Source of the DNA: an uncultured Acidobacteriota bacterium
Lineage (GTDB): Bacteria; Acidobacteriota; Thermoanaerobaculia; Multivoradales; JBCCEF01
DNA: 64,000 nucleotides
Reading direction: 5' to 3'
NCBI GenBank assembly: GCA_963730155.1
Contig: CAVSQV010000002.1
Coordinates: 495,250-559,249, forward strand
How positions within the stretch are numbered: position 1 is the first letter of the stretch; each line of letters opens with the position of its first letter. Position numbers and translations under genes: made by a program. The notes under the pieces are model-generated. The model saw only the letters and a list, made by a program, of their open reading frames with translations, was not told where the DNA came from and did not search any database. Of this stretch, positions 19,561 through 30,491 are shown piece by piece.

Positions 19561-20292
19561 ATGAGCGAACCCTCGCGCGAGACCGTCCTCGGCATCGACA
19601 ACATCCCGCTCGACCTGCCGGTGGCGGGGCTCGGCAGCCGCACGCTCGCCGCGCTGATCGACTATCTGGCGCTCGGGGTCGGAGCGACGCTGCTGGTCTT
19701 CCTGGCGCTCGGGATCGGCGGCGCCGTCGGCGGCGGGGGGACGACGCTCGCGATCGTCGTGGTCGGGCTCTTCCTCCTGCAGTGGGGTTACTTCGCCGGC
19801 TTCGAGATCGCCATGGGCGGGCGCACGCCGGGCAAGGCGGCGGTCGGATTGCGCACGGTGCACCGCACCGGCGGCGCGGCCGGCGCCGGGGCGCTGGTGG
19901 CGCGCAACCTCCTGCGCACGGTCGACCTGATGTTCGGAGCGCCGCTCATGGCGCTCGATCCGCTGGCGCGGCGGCTCGGCGATCACGTCGCCGGCACGCT
20001 GGTGGTGCACGTCCGGCCGGCGGCGCCGCGGCCGGTGCTCGGGCGGGTGCCGCCGGGCTGGGGGGCGCGCGAGGTGGCGCTCGCGGAGTCGCTCCTGGCG
20101 CGCTCGGCCGACCTCGAGGGGGACCGCGCCGACCGGCTGGCGCGCCGGCTCCTCTCCTGGGTCGAGCGCGACGCGCCGGAGATGCTCGCCGCCGCCGGCG
20201 ATCCCGCGAGCCTCGGCGCCACGCCGGTCGAATCGCTCCGCCGGGTGCTCGCCGCGGACGAGGGGGGTGCCGGCGGGGGCCGCGCCGGCTGA
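19561..20292 (+). CDS. RDD-family membrane protein
   Basis: The gene has the RDD-type arrangement GSRTLAALIDYLAL...ARNLLRTVD together with two or three TM helices. Confidence 0.7.
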   Translation: MSEPSRETVLGIDNIPLDLPVAGLGSRTLAALIDYLALGVGATLLVFLALGIGGAVGGGGTTLAIVVVGLFLLQWGYFAGFEIAMGGRTPGKAAVGLRTVHRTGGAAGAGALVARNLLRTVDLMFGAPLMALDPLARRLGDHVAGTLVVHVRPAAPRPVLGRVPPGWGAREVALAESLLARSADLEGDRADRLARRLLSWVERDAPEMLAAAGDPASLGATPVESLRRVLAADEGGAGGGRAG

Positions 20293-20313
20293 CGCGCCGA
20301 GACCGCCCGACCT

Positions 20314-21300
20314 ATGCACTACGACCGCTTCGTCCGCCTCCGCCGGCCGCTCTGGGACGCCTTCGAGCAGGGGCTCGGGCGGCTCGCCCGCGGCGGCGTC
20401 GGGCACGCCGAGCTGGAGGAGCTGGCGATCGGCTATCGCCAGGTGCTCCACGATCACGCCCTGGCGGCGGCGCGCTGGCCGGGGACCGGGGTCGCCGAGC
20501 GGCTGCGCCGGCTGGCGCTCGAGGGGACCCATCGGCTGGCGGTCGCCGACGAGTCCGGCGGCCGGCGGCGCGGGCTCGGTCACTTCTTCGCCCGCACCTT
20601 CCCGCGCGCCTTCCGCGGTCAGCTCGATCTCCTGGCGGTGGCGGCGCTGCTGTTTGTCGCCGCCGCGGCGCTCGGCTTGGCGGTCTCCGCCGTCCGCCCC
20701 GGCCTCGGCCTGGCGTTTCTCGGCGAGGAGGCGCGGGCGGGGCTCGCCGAGGGGCGTCTGTGGACCGAGGACCTCGGTACCACGCTGCCGCCGGCCGCCA
20801 CATCCTCGGCGATCGCCACCAACAACATGTCGGTGGCGATCACCGCCTGGGCCGGCGGCGCCACCGCGGGCCTCCTGACGCTCTGGGTGATCGTGATCAA
20901 CGGCCTCCTGCTCGGCGCCATCTTCGGGGTCACGGCGCACTACTCGATGGCCGGCGAGCTGGGCGGCTTCGTCGCCGCCCACGGGCCGCTCGAGATCACC
21001 ATCGTCCTGGTCGCCGCCGCCTCCGGCCTCGGGGTGGCGCGGGCGCTGGTCGCCGCCGGCGACCGCCCGCGCGGCGAGGCGCTCCGCGCGGCCGGGCGCT
21101 CGGCGCTGGCCGTGCTGCTCGGCGTTCTCCCCTGGCTCGGCCTCCTGGGCGCGGTCGAGACCTGGGTGTCGCCGTCGCCCGACGTACCGGTCGGGGCCAA
21201 GGCGACGCTCGGCGTGACGCTCCTGGCGCTCTTCTGGCTCGCCGCCCTCAACCCGTTCGTCGGACCGCACGACGAGGAGGAGAACCGATGGACCCCGTGA
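20314..21300 (+). CDS. SpoIIM-like (DUF95) integral membrane protein
   Basis: A soluble helical N-terminus is followed by TM helices with NNMSVAITAWAGG...INGLLLG...HGPLEITIVLVAAASG, as in stage II sporulation protein M-like proteins. Confidence 0.7.
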   Translation: MHYDRFVRLRRPLWDAFEQGLGRLARGGVGHAELEELAIGYRQVLHDHALAAARWPGTGVAERLRRLALEGTHRLAVADESGGRRRGLGHFFARTFPRAFRGQLDLLAVAALLFVAAAALGLAVSAVRPGLGLAFLGEEARAGLAEGRLWTEDLGTTLPPAATSSAIATNNMSVAITAWAGGATAGLLTLWVIVINGLLLGAIFGVTAHYSMAGELGGFVAAHGPLEITIVLVAAASGLGVARALVAAGDRPRGEALRAAGRSALAVLLGVLPWLGLLGAVETWVSPSPDVPVGAKATLGVTLLALFWLAALNPFVGPHDEEENRWTP

Positions 21301-22205
21301 GCCCGGCCGCGAGCCCGGCCGTCAGCCCAACCCTGCCGCCCGGCGCGATGCCGCTGCGCATGCTGCTCGACCAGGCAATGCGCTCGACGCGCACCGCCGG
21401 GCGGCGGCTCTACCCGACGCTGGCGGCGGTGACCGTGCTCTGGTCGGCCTCGATGGTGCTGTTCCAGGTGCACCTGATGCGGAGCCTCCTCGCCGAGGAC
21501 TGGCTCAGCACCTGCGGCAGCTACCTGGTGATGCTCGCCGTCATGCCGGTGATCGGCCTGGTCTTCGCCGCCGCGCAGGTCGCGGCGCTCGACTCGCTCG
21601 CCGGCCGGCCGGCGTCGATCGGGCGCGGGCTGGGCTTTCTGCTCCGGCCGCGGCGCCTGCTGACCCTGGTCGGCGCCGGGGTGCTGGTGGGCGCCTCCTA
21701 CATGGCCTGCCTGCTGCCGGCCCTCTACGTCGGGCCGCTCCTGGCGCTGGTGCTGCCGGTGATGGTCGAGGAGGGGCGCACCGGGATGGCCGCGATCGAG
21801 CGCAGCGTCCGGCTGGTCGGCCCCAACCCGTTCACCGACTTCCCGCGCAACCCGCTGGTGCGCATCGCGGTCTTCCTGGTGGTGGCGATGGCGATCTCGA
21901 TGCTCGGCTCGTTGGTGGCGCAGATGCCGTTCGAGATCGCGCGCCAGGTGCTGTTCCTGCGCCACGCCGCCGCCGAGGATCCGCTGTCGGCGATGACCTC
22001 GCCGGGGGCGCTGGCGCTCCAGGGGGCGGGCGGCGTGCTCGGCGGGCTGGTCAGCGCCGCGGTCGGGCTCTACTCGGCGTTCGGCATGGCGCTGCTCTTC
22101 CACGACACCCGCAGCCGGCGCGAGGGCGCCGATCTCGAGGCCGCGGCCGCGCTGATCGAGATGCAGCGGACGGGCGGCGCCGGCGGCGGCGAGGCGCCGG
22201 CTTGA
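21288..22205 (+). CDS. Polytopic membrane protein of unknown function
   Basis: The gene is in-frame, has several hydrophobic helices and overlaps both neighbours. It sits in an operon position typical of the RDD/MoxR cluster. Confidence 0.55.
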   Translation: MDPVSPAASPAVSPTLPPGAMPLRMLLDQAMRSTRTAGRRLYPTLAAVTVLWSASMVLFQVHLMRSLLAEDWLSTCGSYLVMLAVMPVIGLVFAAAQVAALDSLAGRPASIGRGLGFLLRPRRLLTLVGAGVLVGASYMACLLPALYVGPLLALVLPVMVEEGRTGMAAIERSVRLVGPNPFTDFPRNPLVRIAVFLVVAMAISMLGSLVAQMPFEIARQVLFLRHAAAEDPLSAMTSPGALALQGAGGVLGGLVSAAVGLYSAFGMALLFHDTRSRREGADLEAAAALIEMQRTGGAGGGEAPA

Positions 22206-22957
22206 GGGCGCGGGCGCTCGCGGCGGCCCTCGCCGCGGTGATCGCGGCGGGCTCGGGAATCGGGCCTCGGGCGGCGGCGGGGGCCATCGCGGCCGAGGCC
22301 ACCAGGGACGCACCCGCCGCCACGGTCGCTCCCGCCGCCGCCGATCGCGCACTCCTCGCGCGGGTGATCGAAGAGAGCCGGGTCGACACCCGCCGGCCCG
22401 ATCCCGGGTGGGCCGCCTACGCCCGCGAGCTGATCCGGCGCTGGGCGCTGGAGATCGGCCGGATCCTGCGCGACCTCGCCGGCAGCGTCGGGATCCCGGC
22501 CGGCTTCGTGCGCGTGATCGCCTGGTTGCTCGCGGCGGTGGCGGCGGCGGCGCTCGCGGCGGCGGCGGTGATGGTGGTGCGCCGGCGGCGGCGCCGCGCT
22601 GCGCCGACCGCCGCCACCGCCGGCGGCGACGGGGCGATGGGGCCGCCGCCGGCCGCGGTCGACTGGCGCGCCGAGATCGACCGCCGGCTTGCCGCCGGCC
22701 GCGTCGCCGAGGCGCTCGAGGCGGCCTGGTGGTGGCTGGCGCGGGCGCTCTGCGGCGAGCGCGCCGAGGCGAGCTGGACCGGCGGCGAGCTGGTCGCGCG
22801 CGGCCGCCGGCCCGACGTGGCGCCGGCGGTCGCCCGCCTCGACGCCATGACCTACGGCCCGCGGCGGCCGGCGCCGGCCGAGGTGCGGGCGCTGATCGAG
22901 CGCCTCGAGCAGCGGCTCGTCGATCTCCCGGGCGCGGCTCCGGGAGCGGCGCCGTGA
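22202..22957 (+). CDS. DUF4129-domain protein
   Basis: It has an N-terminal signal or TM, a central TM and a C-terminal EALEAAWWWLARALCGERAEASWTGGELVARG...LDAMTYGPRRP pattern. The TTG start overlaps the upstream stop. Confidence 0.55.
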   Translation: MRARALAAALAAVIAAGSGIGPRAAAGAIAAEATRDAPAATVAPAAADRALLARVIEESRVDTRRPDPGWAAYARELIRRWALEIGRILRDLAGSVGIPAGFVRVIAWLLAAVAAAALAAAAVMVVRRRRRRAAPTAATAGGDGAMGPPPAAVDWRAEIDRRLAAGRVAEALEAAWWWLARALCGERAEASWTGGELVARGRRPDVAPAVARLDAMTYGPRRPAPAEVRALIERLEQRLVDLPGAAPGAAP

Positions 22958-24122
22958 GCCGGCGTCAGGCCTGGATCCTGGCCGCCGCCGGCGTCTTGGC
23001 GGCGGCGATGATCTGGATCGCTGCGGCCGGCGAGGGGGGGCGGGGCAGCGCGCTCTCGCGCGGCCCCGAGGGGTGGCTCGCCGCCCGCCGCTACCTCGAG
23101 GCGCGCGGCGCCGAGGTCCGGCTGCTCGACGCGCTGCCGGAGGCCGAGGGCGCCGGTCCCGCGGGGGTGCTGGTCGAGGTCTTCCCCTGGTCGGCGGCCG
23201 TCCCCGCCGACCGCCGCGCATCGGCGCTCCACCGCCGGCTCGCCGCCGGCGGCGACCTGGTGATCGCCTACTCGGGCGGCTACGACCCGCGGGAGGACCG
23301 GGTGCTCGAGGCGCTCGGCATCGGGCTGGTCGCGGTCCGCGACGAGCCGCCGCTCGGACCGCTGGCCTGGCGCCGCGACGCCCGGCTGAGCTGGCGGCTG
23401 GAACCCGAGGCCGGCGTCGCCGAGCGGGCGTCCGGACCGGCCGGCGCCGCCGTCGTCGAGCTGCCGGCGCCGCGCTGGGCGCCGCGGGCCCCCGCGGAAG
23501 CCGAGGTCCTCTACCGCTCGCCGGAGGGCGCGCCAGAGGGTGCGCCGCTCGTCTTCGTCGTCGAGCGCCGGGGCGGTGCCCGGCTGGTGGTGCTGCCGGC
23601 CGCGGCGCTGGCCAACGCCGGGATCGCCGAGGCGGGCAACGCGGACCTCCTCGAGGGGTTCCTAGCCGCGTTCGGGCGCCGCTGGGCCTTCGACGAGAGC
23701 GCCCACGGTCTCTCCGCCCCCGGCGCCGGCGATCCGGACGCCGAACGCGCCGGCCGCGCCTTCGACCTGGTGCTCGCCCACCTGGCGCTGCTCTACCTGC
23801 TGGCGGTGGCGGCGCTCGGCCGCCGCTTCGGGCCGGCCTGGCGCGAGCCGCCGGTGGCGACCGGCTCGACCGCCGCGTTCCTGCTCCGGTTGGGTGCGCT
23901 CCATCACCGGCTCGGTCATCACCGCGACGCCGCGGTGCGGCTGGTCGAGCGCTGGCGCGAGCTGCACCCGCGCCACGCCGTGCCGGCGGCGGTCGCCGGG
24001 CGAGCCGAGGAGGCCGACGCCGACGGGCTGGTCGCGGTCGCCCGCGCGCTCGCCCGCCGCGACCGGCGATCCGCTATCCTCCCCGCCGGGCGCGAGGCCG
24101 CGCCCGCCCCGGAGCCGAGACC

Positions 24123-24126
<4 letters not shown>
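22954..24126 (+). CDS. DUF4350-like protein
   Basis: An N-terminal TM is followed by GPEGWLAARRYLEARGAEVRLLD. The GTG start overlaps the upstream TGA (GTGA). The position between DUF4129 and MoxR is the conserved one. Confidence 0.5.
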
Positions 24127-25187
<1,061 letters not shown>

Positions 25188-25189
25188 CC

Positions 25190-26552
25190 GTGCCTGCTGG
25201 CCGCCTGTTCCGGGTGCTCGCCCTGGTCACGCTCCTGCTGCCGGCGGCGGCGCTGGTCCCCTGGGTCGCGGCGGCGGCGCTCGCCGCCGACGCGCTGCTC
25301 CTCGCCGCCTTCCTCGTCGACCTCCGCCGCGCCCGCGCCGCGGGCCTCGAGGCCCGCCGCGAGTGGCCGCCGCTCCTGGTCCAGGGGAGCGCCGCCGCGG
25401 TCTCGATCGAGACTCGGGCGGGCGAGACCCGCCCGGCGGCCGCTCGCTCGCCGGCCCCGCGGCCGGTGACCGTGCGCCTCCGCGAGGGGCTGGCGCCGGC
25501 GCTCGCCGGCTCGCCGGTCCGGCGCGAGGTGCGCCTCGCGCCCGGCGGCGCCGACCGCTGGACGATCCCGCTCGTGCCGCGCCGCCGCGGCGAGCACCCG
25601 ACGGCGCCGCTCACCGCGCGCGTCCTCGGCCCCTGGAAGCTCGCCTGGGCGCAGCGCGACCTGCTCCCGGCCGAGCCCGTGCGCGTCTACCCGCAGGTGC
25701 GCTGGGAGGGGCGAGGTCGGCCAGCTCCTCGCGCTCGCCCAGCGCCGGCGCCTCGGGCTCGGGCCGCTGCGGTTCCACGGCGTCGGCACCGAGCCCTACG
25801 CCCTGCGCGAGTACCTGCCCGGCGATCCGCTCGCGCAGTCCACTGGAAGGCGACCGCCCGCCACGGCCGGCTGATCACCCGCGAGGACACCTGGGAGCGC
25901 GGCGCCCGGCTCGTCGATCCTCCTCGACTGCGCCCGCGCCATGGCCTCGATGGACGGCGCGCGCAGCAAGCTCGACTACAGCGCTGGCGGCCGCGCTCGC
26001 CCTGACCCGGGTGGCGGCGGCGCGCGGCGACCGGGTGACGATCATCGCCTTCTCCGACCGCATCGTGCTGCGCGGTGCGCGTGCGCTCCGGACGGCGCGG
26101 CGCTCGCCCTCGCCTACGCGGCGCTCTACGACCTCGAGGCCGGCTGCACCGAGCCCGCCTACGACCTCGCGGCCGAGGCCGTCTCCGCGCGTCGAGCGCG
26201 CGGAGCGCCACGGCCGTGCTCTTCACCTCGGTCGTCGACCTCGCCGCGGCCGAGCTGCTGCGCGAGTCCCTGCTGCGCCTCGGGCGCCGCCACCGCGCCC
26301 TGCTGGTCAACCTGGAGGACCCGGAGCTGCGCGGCCCTCGCCGACGAGCCGCCGGCGGACCCCGCCGAGGCCTTCGCCCAGGTGGCGAGCCTGGAGATCC
26401 AGCTCGCCAACCGGCGCCTCGCGCGCCACCTGCGCCGCGGCGGCATCCGGGTGTCGACGACGCCCCGCCGACCGCCTGGCGCTCGCGACCCTGGAGGCCT
26501 ATCTGGCCCGCTTCCAGGGGGGACTACGTCGAGCCATTCGCGCGCCGGCTGA
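25190..26552 (+). pseudogene. DUF58-family protein (MoxR partner) fragmented by six or more frameshifts; 3' end uncertain
   Basis: Recognisable DUF58 pieces alternate between all three forward frames: VYPQVRWEG / HWKATARHGRLITREDTWERGARLV / MASMDGARSKLDY / [29 protein letters not shown] / AVLFTSVVDLAAAELLRESLLRLGRRHRALLVNLEDPEL / VASLEIQLANRRLARHLRRGGIRV. Confidence 0.7.
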
Positions 26553-26574
26553 CGCGCCCCGTGAACCTTGCGAG

Positions 26575-26769
26575 CTACGCGTCCAGGATCGTGCGCAGGG
26601 AGGCGCGGATGATGTCGGCCTCCGACCGCCGCTCCTGGAACGCCTTCAGGCGCAGCTCCTCCGCCTCGTCGACGGGGAGCCAGAAGTTCTTGCGGACCAT
26701 GCCGCTCTTGGTCAGGGTCGTGGTGCCGCCACGGGGTCCGATCCGCTCCTGCTGGTCGTCGTGGATCAT
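26575..26769 (-). CDS. Ribbon-helix-helix (CopG-like) DNA-binding protein, 64 aa
   Basis: The product is MIHDDQQERIGPRGGTTTLTKSGMVRKNFWLPVDEAEELRLKAFQERRSEADIIRASLRTILDA. GAGGAGGG lies upstream. No toxin partner is adjacent. Confidence 0.6.
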   Translation of the reverse strand: MIHDDQQERIGPRGGTTTLTKSGMVRKNFWLPVDEAEELRLKAFQERRSEADIIRASLRTILDA

Positions 26770-26876
26770 GGTCGCTGCCCTCCTCGGTTGACGTTTCCCG
26801 GATTCCAGTCGATCGCCAAATTCCGGCCGGCGCCGGGCTCCCGCGCTCCCCGCGCGTTCCGCCCTTACTCTCCTAG

Positions 26877-26934
26877 GTAGGTGAGCCACCGTGGCACTTT
26901 CGAGACACCTACGCGTCTTTCCGGTGCTTTTTTT
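26877..26934 (+). other. Low-GC structured pocket: 7-bp stem GTAGGTG/CACCTAC enclosing the palindrome GCCAC-C-GTGGC, followed by a T7 run
   Basis: Read directly from the sequence. The T7 run (26928-26934) is exceptional in this G+C background. The function is unclear; it could be a terminator, an operator or a small RNA. Confidence 0.25.
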
Positions 26935-26993
26935 CAACCATGCGGATATCGAGCGCCCTGGAGGGCACGCAGAGGTGTAACGAGGGGAAGACC

Positions 26994-29270
26994 TCAGCCC
27001 GCGGCGAGCTCGGCGCGCACCGCGCGTGCCGCCTCGACCAGGTTGCGCAGCGCGGCGGTCGATTCCTCGACGCCGCGGGTCTTGAGCCCGCAGTCGGGGT
27101 TGACCCACAGCCGCTCGACCGGCAGCACCCGCGCCGCTCGGCGCAGCAGCTCGGCCATCTCCTCGGCCGGCGGCACCCGCTCGCTGTGGACGTCGTAGAC
27201 GCCGGGACCGATGCCGCGGTCGTAGTCGAAGTCGCGGAACGCCTCGAGCAGCTCGCCGGCCGAGCGCGAGTTCTCGATCGAGATGACGTCGGCGCCGAGG
27301 TCGTAGATCGCCGCCATGATGTCGTTGAACTCGCTGTAGCACATGTGGGTGTGGATCTGCGTCTCGGGTGCGACGCCGGAGGACGAGAGCCGGAAGGCGC
27401 GGGTCGCCCAGTCGAGATAGCCGGGGCGGTCGGCGTCCTGGAGCGGCAGCCCCTCGCGAAACGCCGGTTCGTCGATCTGCACCGCGCGGATCCCGGCCGC
27501 CTCGAGGTCGCCGACCTCGTCGCGGATCGCCAGCGCGAGCTGCATCGCCACCCGCTCGGCGGGCAGGTCGACGCGCGGGAAGCTCCAGAAGTAGATCGTC
27601 ACCGGCCCGGTGAGCATCCCCTTGAGCGGCTTCGCGGTCATCGCCTGGACCCGCTGCGAGACATCGACCGTCATCGGGTGCGGCCGCGACACGTCGCCGT
27701 AGATCAGCGGCGGCCGCACGCAGCGGGTGCCGTAGGACTGGACCCAGGCCTCGATGAAGGCCATGCCGTCGAGCCGCTCGGCGAAGTGGTCGACCATGTC
27801 GGCGCGCTCGAACTCGCCGTGGACCAGGAGGTCGAGCCCGAGGTCTTCCTGGAGCGCGATCACCTCGCGGAAGCGCTGGTCGAGGAAGGCCCGGTACGCC
27901 TCCTCGCCGATCTCGCCCGAGCGGTACTGCGCCCGCGCGTGGCGCACCTCGGCGGTCTGCGGGAAGCTCCCGATGGTGGTCGTCGGCAGGAGGTCGGGGA
28001 GGCCGAGCCGCCGGGTCTGGCGGGCGAGCCGCTCGGCAGGGGGCGTGTCGCGCCGGAAGTCGTCCGGGGTCAGCCCGTCGAGCCGGGCCGCGACATCGGG
28101 GTTGGCGACCCGGCGGTCGGCGCGCCGCCCGGCGGCGATCCGGCGGCCCTCGGCGAGCGCCGGCTCGACCGCGCCGTGGCCGCTGTCGACCGCCCGCCGC
28201 AGGGTGGCGATCTCGGCCAGCCGCTCGTCGGCGTAGGCGAGCCACTCGCGGATCGTCGGATCGAGCTTCTCCTCGAGCGTCACCGTCACCGGCAGGTGGA
28301 GCAGGCTGCAGCTCGGGCCGAGGTGCGCCGTGCCGTGGTCGGCGACCCGGCCGATCCGCTCCAGGGTCTCGAGCGCCTGGTCGAGGTCGGTGCGCCAGAC
28401 GTTGCGGCCGTCGACCAGGCCGATCCCGAGCGCCTTGTCGCGCGGCCAGCCGCCGGCGTCGAGGCGGTCGAGGTTCTCGCGGCCGCGCACGAGATCGAGC
28501 CCGACGCCCTCGACCGGGAGCCCCACGACCGTATCCCAGTCGGCGCCGAGGTCGTCGAAGTAGGTCTGGAGCATCAGCTTCGGCCGCCGGCCGCCTGCGA
28601 GCGCCCGGTAGGCCTCGGCCAGGAGCTCGCGGTCGGCCGGGCCGAGGTCGGTGACCGCCACCGGCTCGTCGACCTGCACCCACTCGACGCCGGCCTCGGC
28701 CAGCTCGGCGAGCACCCGCGCGTAGAGCGGCAGCAGGACGTCGAGCAGCCCCGGCAGCGCCAGCCCGCGCGGGTTGTTTGAGAGCTTCAAGAAGGTCACC
28801 GGCCCGATCAGCACCGGCTTGGTCGCAAGCCCCAGCTCGTCCTTGGCCTCGCGCCAGGCGGCGAGCGGCTTGTTCTCGGTCAGCGCGAAGTCGCCGGTCA
28901 GCTCGGCCGCGATGTAGTGGTAATTGGAGTTGAACCACTTGGTCATCTCCATGGCCGGCGTCCGGTCGTCGCCGCGCGCCATGGCGAAGTAGGTGTCGAG
29001 GCCGACCGCGCCGCCCTGCCAGCCGTAGCGCTCGGGGATCGCCCCGAACATCGCGACGTGGTCGAGGAAGGCGTCGTAGAGCGAGAAGTCGTTCGAGGGG
29101 ACGAGGTCGATCCCCGACGCCGCCTGCCGGCGGAGGTTGGCGAGCCGCAGCTCGCGGGCGGCCGCGAGCAGCTCTCCGGCGCCGGACTGCCCCTTCCAGT
29201 AGCTCTCGACGGCGCGCTTGAGCTCGCGCCGCGGCCCGATGCGCGGATACCCGAGGTTGGTCGTGATCAT
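26994..29270 (-). CDS. metE: Cobalamin-independent methionine synthase (5-methyltetrahydropteroyltriglutamate-homocysteine S-methyltransferase)
   Basis: The 758-aa protein is recognisable along its full length: MITTNLGYPRIGPRRELK..., and C-terminal IHTHMCYSEFNDIM and WVNPDCGLKTR. Confidence 0.95.
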   Translation of the reverse strand: MITTNLGYPRIGPRRELKRAVESYWKGQSGAGELLAAARELRLANLRRQAASGIDLVPSNDFSLYDAFLDHVAMFGAIPERYGWQGGAVGLDTYFAMARGDDRTPAMEMTKWFNSNYHYIAAELTGDFALTENKPLAAWREAKDELGLATKPVLIGPVTFLKLSNNPRGLALPGLLDVLLPLYARVLAELAEAGVEWVQVDEPVAVTDLGPADRELLAEAYRALAGGRRPKLMLQTYFDDLGADWDTVVGLPVEGVGLDLVRGRENLDRLDAGGWPRDKALGIGLVDGRNVWRTDLDQALETLERIGRVADHGTAHLGPSCSLLHLPVTVTLEEKLDPTIREWLAYADERLAEIATLRRAVDSGHGAVEPALAEGRRIAAGRRADRRVANPDVAARLDGLTPDDFRRDTPPAERLARQTRRLGLPDLLPTTTIGSFPQTAEVRHARAQYRSGEIGEEAYRAFLDQRFREVIALQEDLGLDLLVHGEFERADMVDHFAERLDGMAFIEAWVQSYGTRCVRPPLIYGDVSRPHPMTVDVSQRVQAMTAKPLKGMLTGPVTIYFWSFPRVDLPAERVAMQLALAIRDEVGDLEAAGIRAVQIDEPAFREGLPLQDADRPGYLDWATRAFRLSSSGVAPETQIHTHMCYSEFNDIMAAIYDLGADVISIENSRSAGELLEAFRDFDYDRGIGPGVYDVHSERVPPAEEMAELLRRAARVLPVERLWVNPDCGLKTRGVEESTAALRNLVEAARAVRAELAAG

Positions 29271-29480
29271 TGGGCGGACGGTCTCCGTGTGAGCCGGGCG
29301 CGCGCGGGAGGCGGCCGGCCGGGTCGGTGGGGTTCAGGGGCGTCGGGCAGCGCCGACGGGGCGGAGGATACGGGGAACGGGCGCGGGCCGCAAGCCGGGG
29401 GCGCAACCCGGCGACGTCGCGGCGCCTAGGGCGGGCGGCGTAGTAGCGTCTACGCTCTCGCTCGTGGAGGAGGGACGACG

Positions 29481-30311
29481 ATGATGATGATCCTCCTGGT
29501 CGTGGCGATCGCCGCCGGGATGTTCGCGGTCGAGCGCCTGTGGCCGGCGATGGCGCTGCCGCGGGTCGACAACTGGTGGGCGCGGGTGGTGCTGGTCAAC
29601 CTGGTGCAGCTCGGGATCGTGCTCCTCGCCGGCTTCACCTGGGACCGCTGGCTGGCCCAGCTCGCGCTCTTCCGGCTCCAGGACCACCTCGGCACCCTCG
29701 GCCAGGCGGCGGTGGCCTACCTGGTCTCGACCTTCGTCTACTACTGGTGGCACCGGCTGCGCCATGGCTCGCGCTGGTTCTGGCGGGTCTGCCACCAGCT
29801 CCACCACTCGCCGCGGCGGATCGAGCTGGTGACCTCGTTCTACAAGCATCCGGTCGAGATCACGATCAACTCGCTCCTGAGCGCGGCGATCGTCTATCCG
29901 CTCCTCGGCTGCACCATCGAGGCGGCGGCGCTCTACACCCTGTTCACCGCGGTCGCCGAGTTCTTCTACCACTGGAACGTCCACACCCCGCACTGGCTCG
30001 GCTACCTGATCCAGCGCCCCGAGGCGCACCGGGTCCACCACCAGCACCGCCACCATCGCCAGAACTACGGCGACCTCCCGATCTGGGACATCCTCTTCGG
30101 CACCTACGACAACCCGCGCCGGTTCGCGTCGACCTGCGGCTTCGACGACTGGCGCGAGGACCGCTTCGAGGACATGCTCGCCTTCCGCAACGTCCACGCC
30201 GAAGGCGCCGAGGAGCGCCCGCCGCTCGCCTTCCTGCCGGTCTGCATCGGCTGCCGCAAGCGCTGGGCCTGCGCGGCGACGGCGGTGGGGCCGTCCGAAC
30301 GGCGCGAGTAG
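29481..30311 (+). CDS. Fatty acid hydroxylase / sterol desaturase superfamily membrane protein
   Basis: Histidine boxes are HRLRH, HQLHH and HRVHHQHRHHRQNYG. There are several TM helices. Confidence 0.8.
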   Translation: MMMILLVVAIAAGMFAVERLWPAMALPRVDNWWARVVLVNLVQLGIVLLAGFTWDRWLAQLALFRLQDHLGTLGQAAVAYLVSTFVYYWWHRLRHGSRWFWRVCHQLHHSPRRIELVTSFYKHPVEITINSLLSAAIVYPLLGCTIEAAALYTLFTAVAEFFYHWNVHTPHWLGYLIQRPEAHRVHHQHRHHRQNYGDLPIWDILFGTYDNPRRFASTCGFDDWREDRFEDMLAFRNVHAEGAEERPPLAFLPVCIGCRKRWACAATAVGPSERRE

Positions 30312-30491
30312 CGCTTAGGTCCGCCGTCTTCCGGTCGTCGGTTTTCCGCCCCTCAGGCGGCCCGTTAGCCGTCGCAACCGAGCGGCAGCGTCGAGCGGAG
30401 CACCCCCGAGCCGCGGGCTGTCCGCCGAGCGGACGCTGCGGCAGCAGGGAGGATGCCCTCGATGTGAAACCGAGGCGACGAGGAACTGGCG

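Noticed and set aside
29271-29300. A B12-box of a cobalamin riboswitch in the metE leader
   Set aside because: The match is partial (CGGAGACCGTCC against CMGGAGACCKGCC) and overlaps what is probably just the GGAG ribosome-binding site. The other conserved cobalamin-riboswitch cores were not found by eye. I kept this only as a low-interest item to test with Infernal.
26770-29406. The upper part of the 943-aa minus-strand ORF 26575..29406, and similar long ORFs such as 19552..21270, 20940..22352, 23073..24122, 34592..36541, 54778..56212 and 59020..60870
   Set aside because: Each overlaps a gene with clear homology-type motifs in a different frame and consists of RPGA-rich low-complexity sequence. 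Only the 64-codon RHH gene at the 3' end of 26575..29406 is retained.
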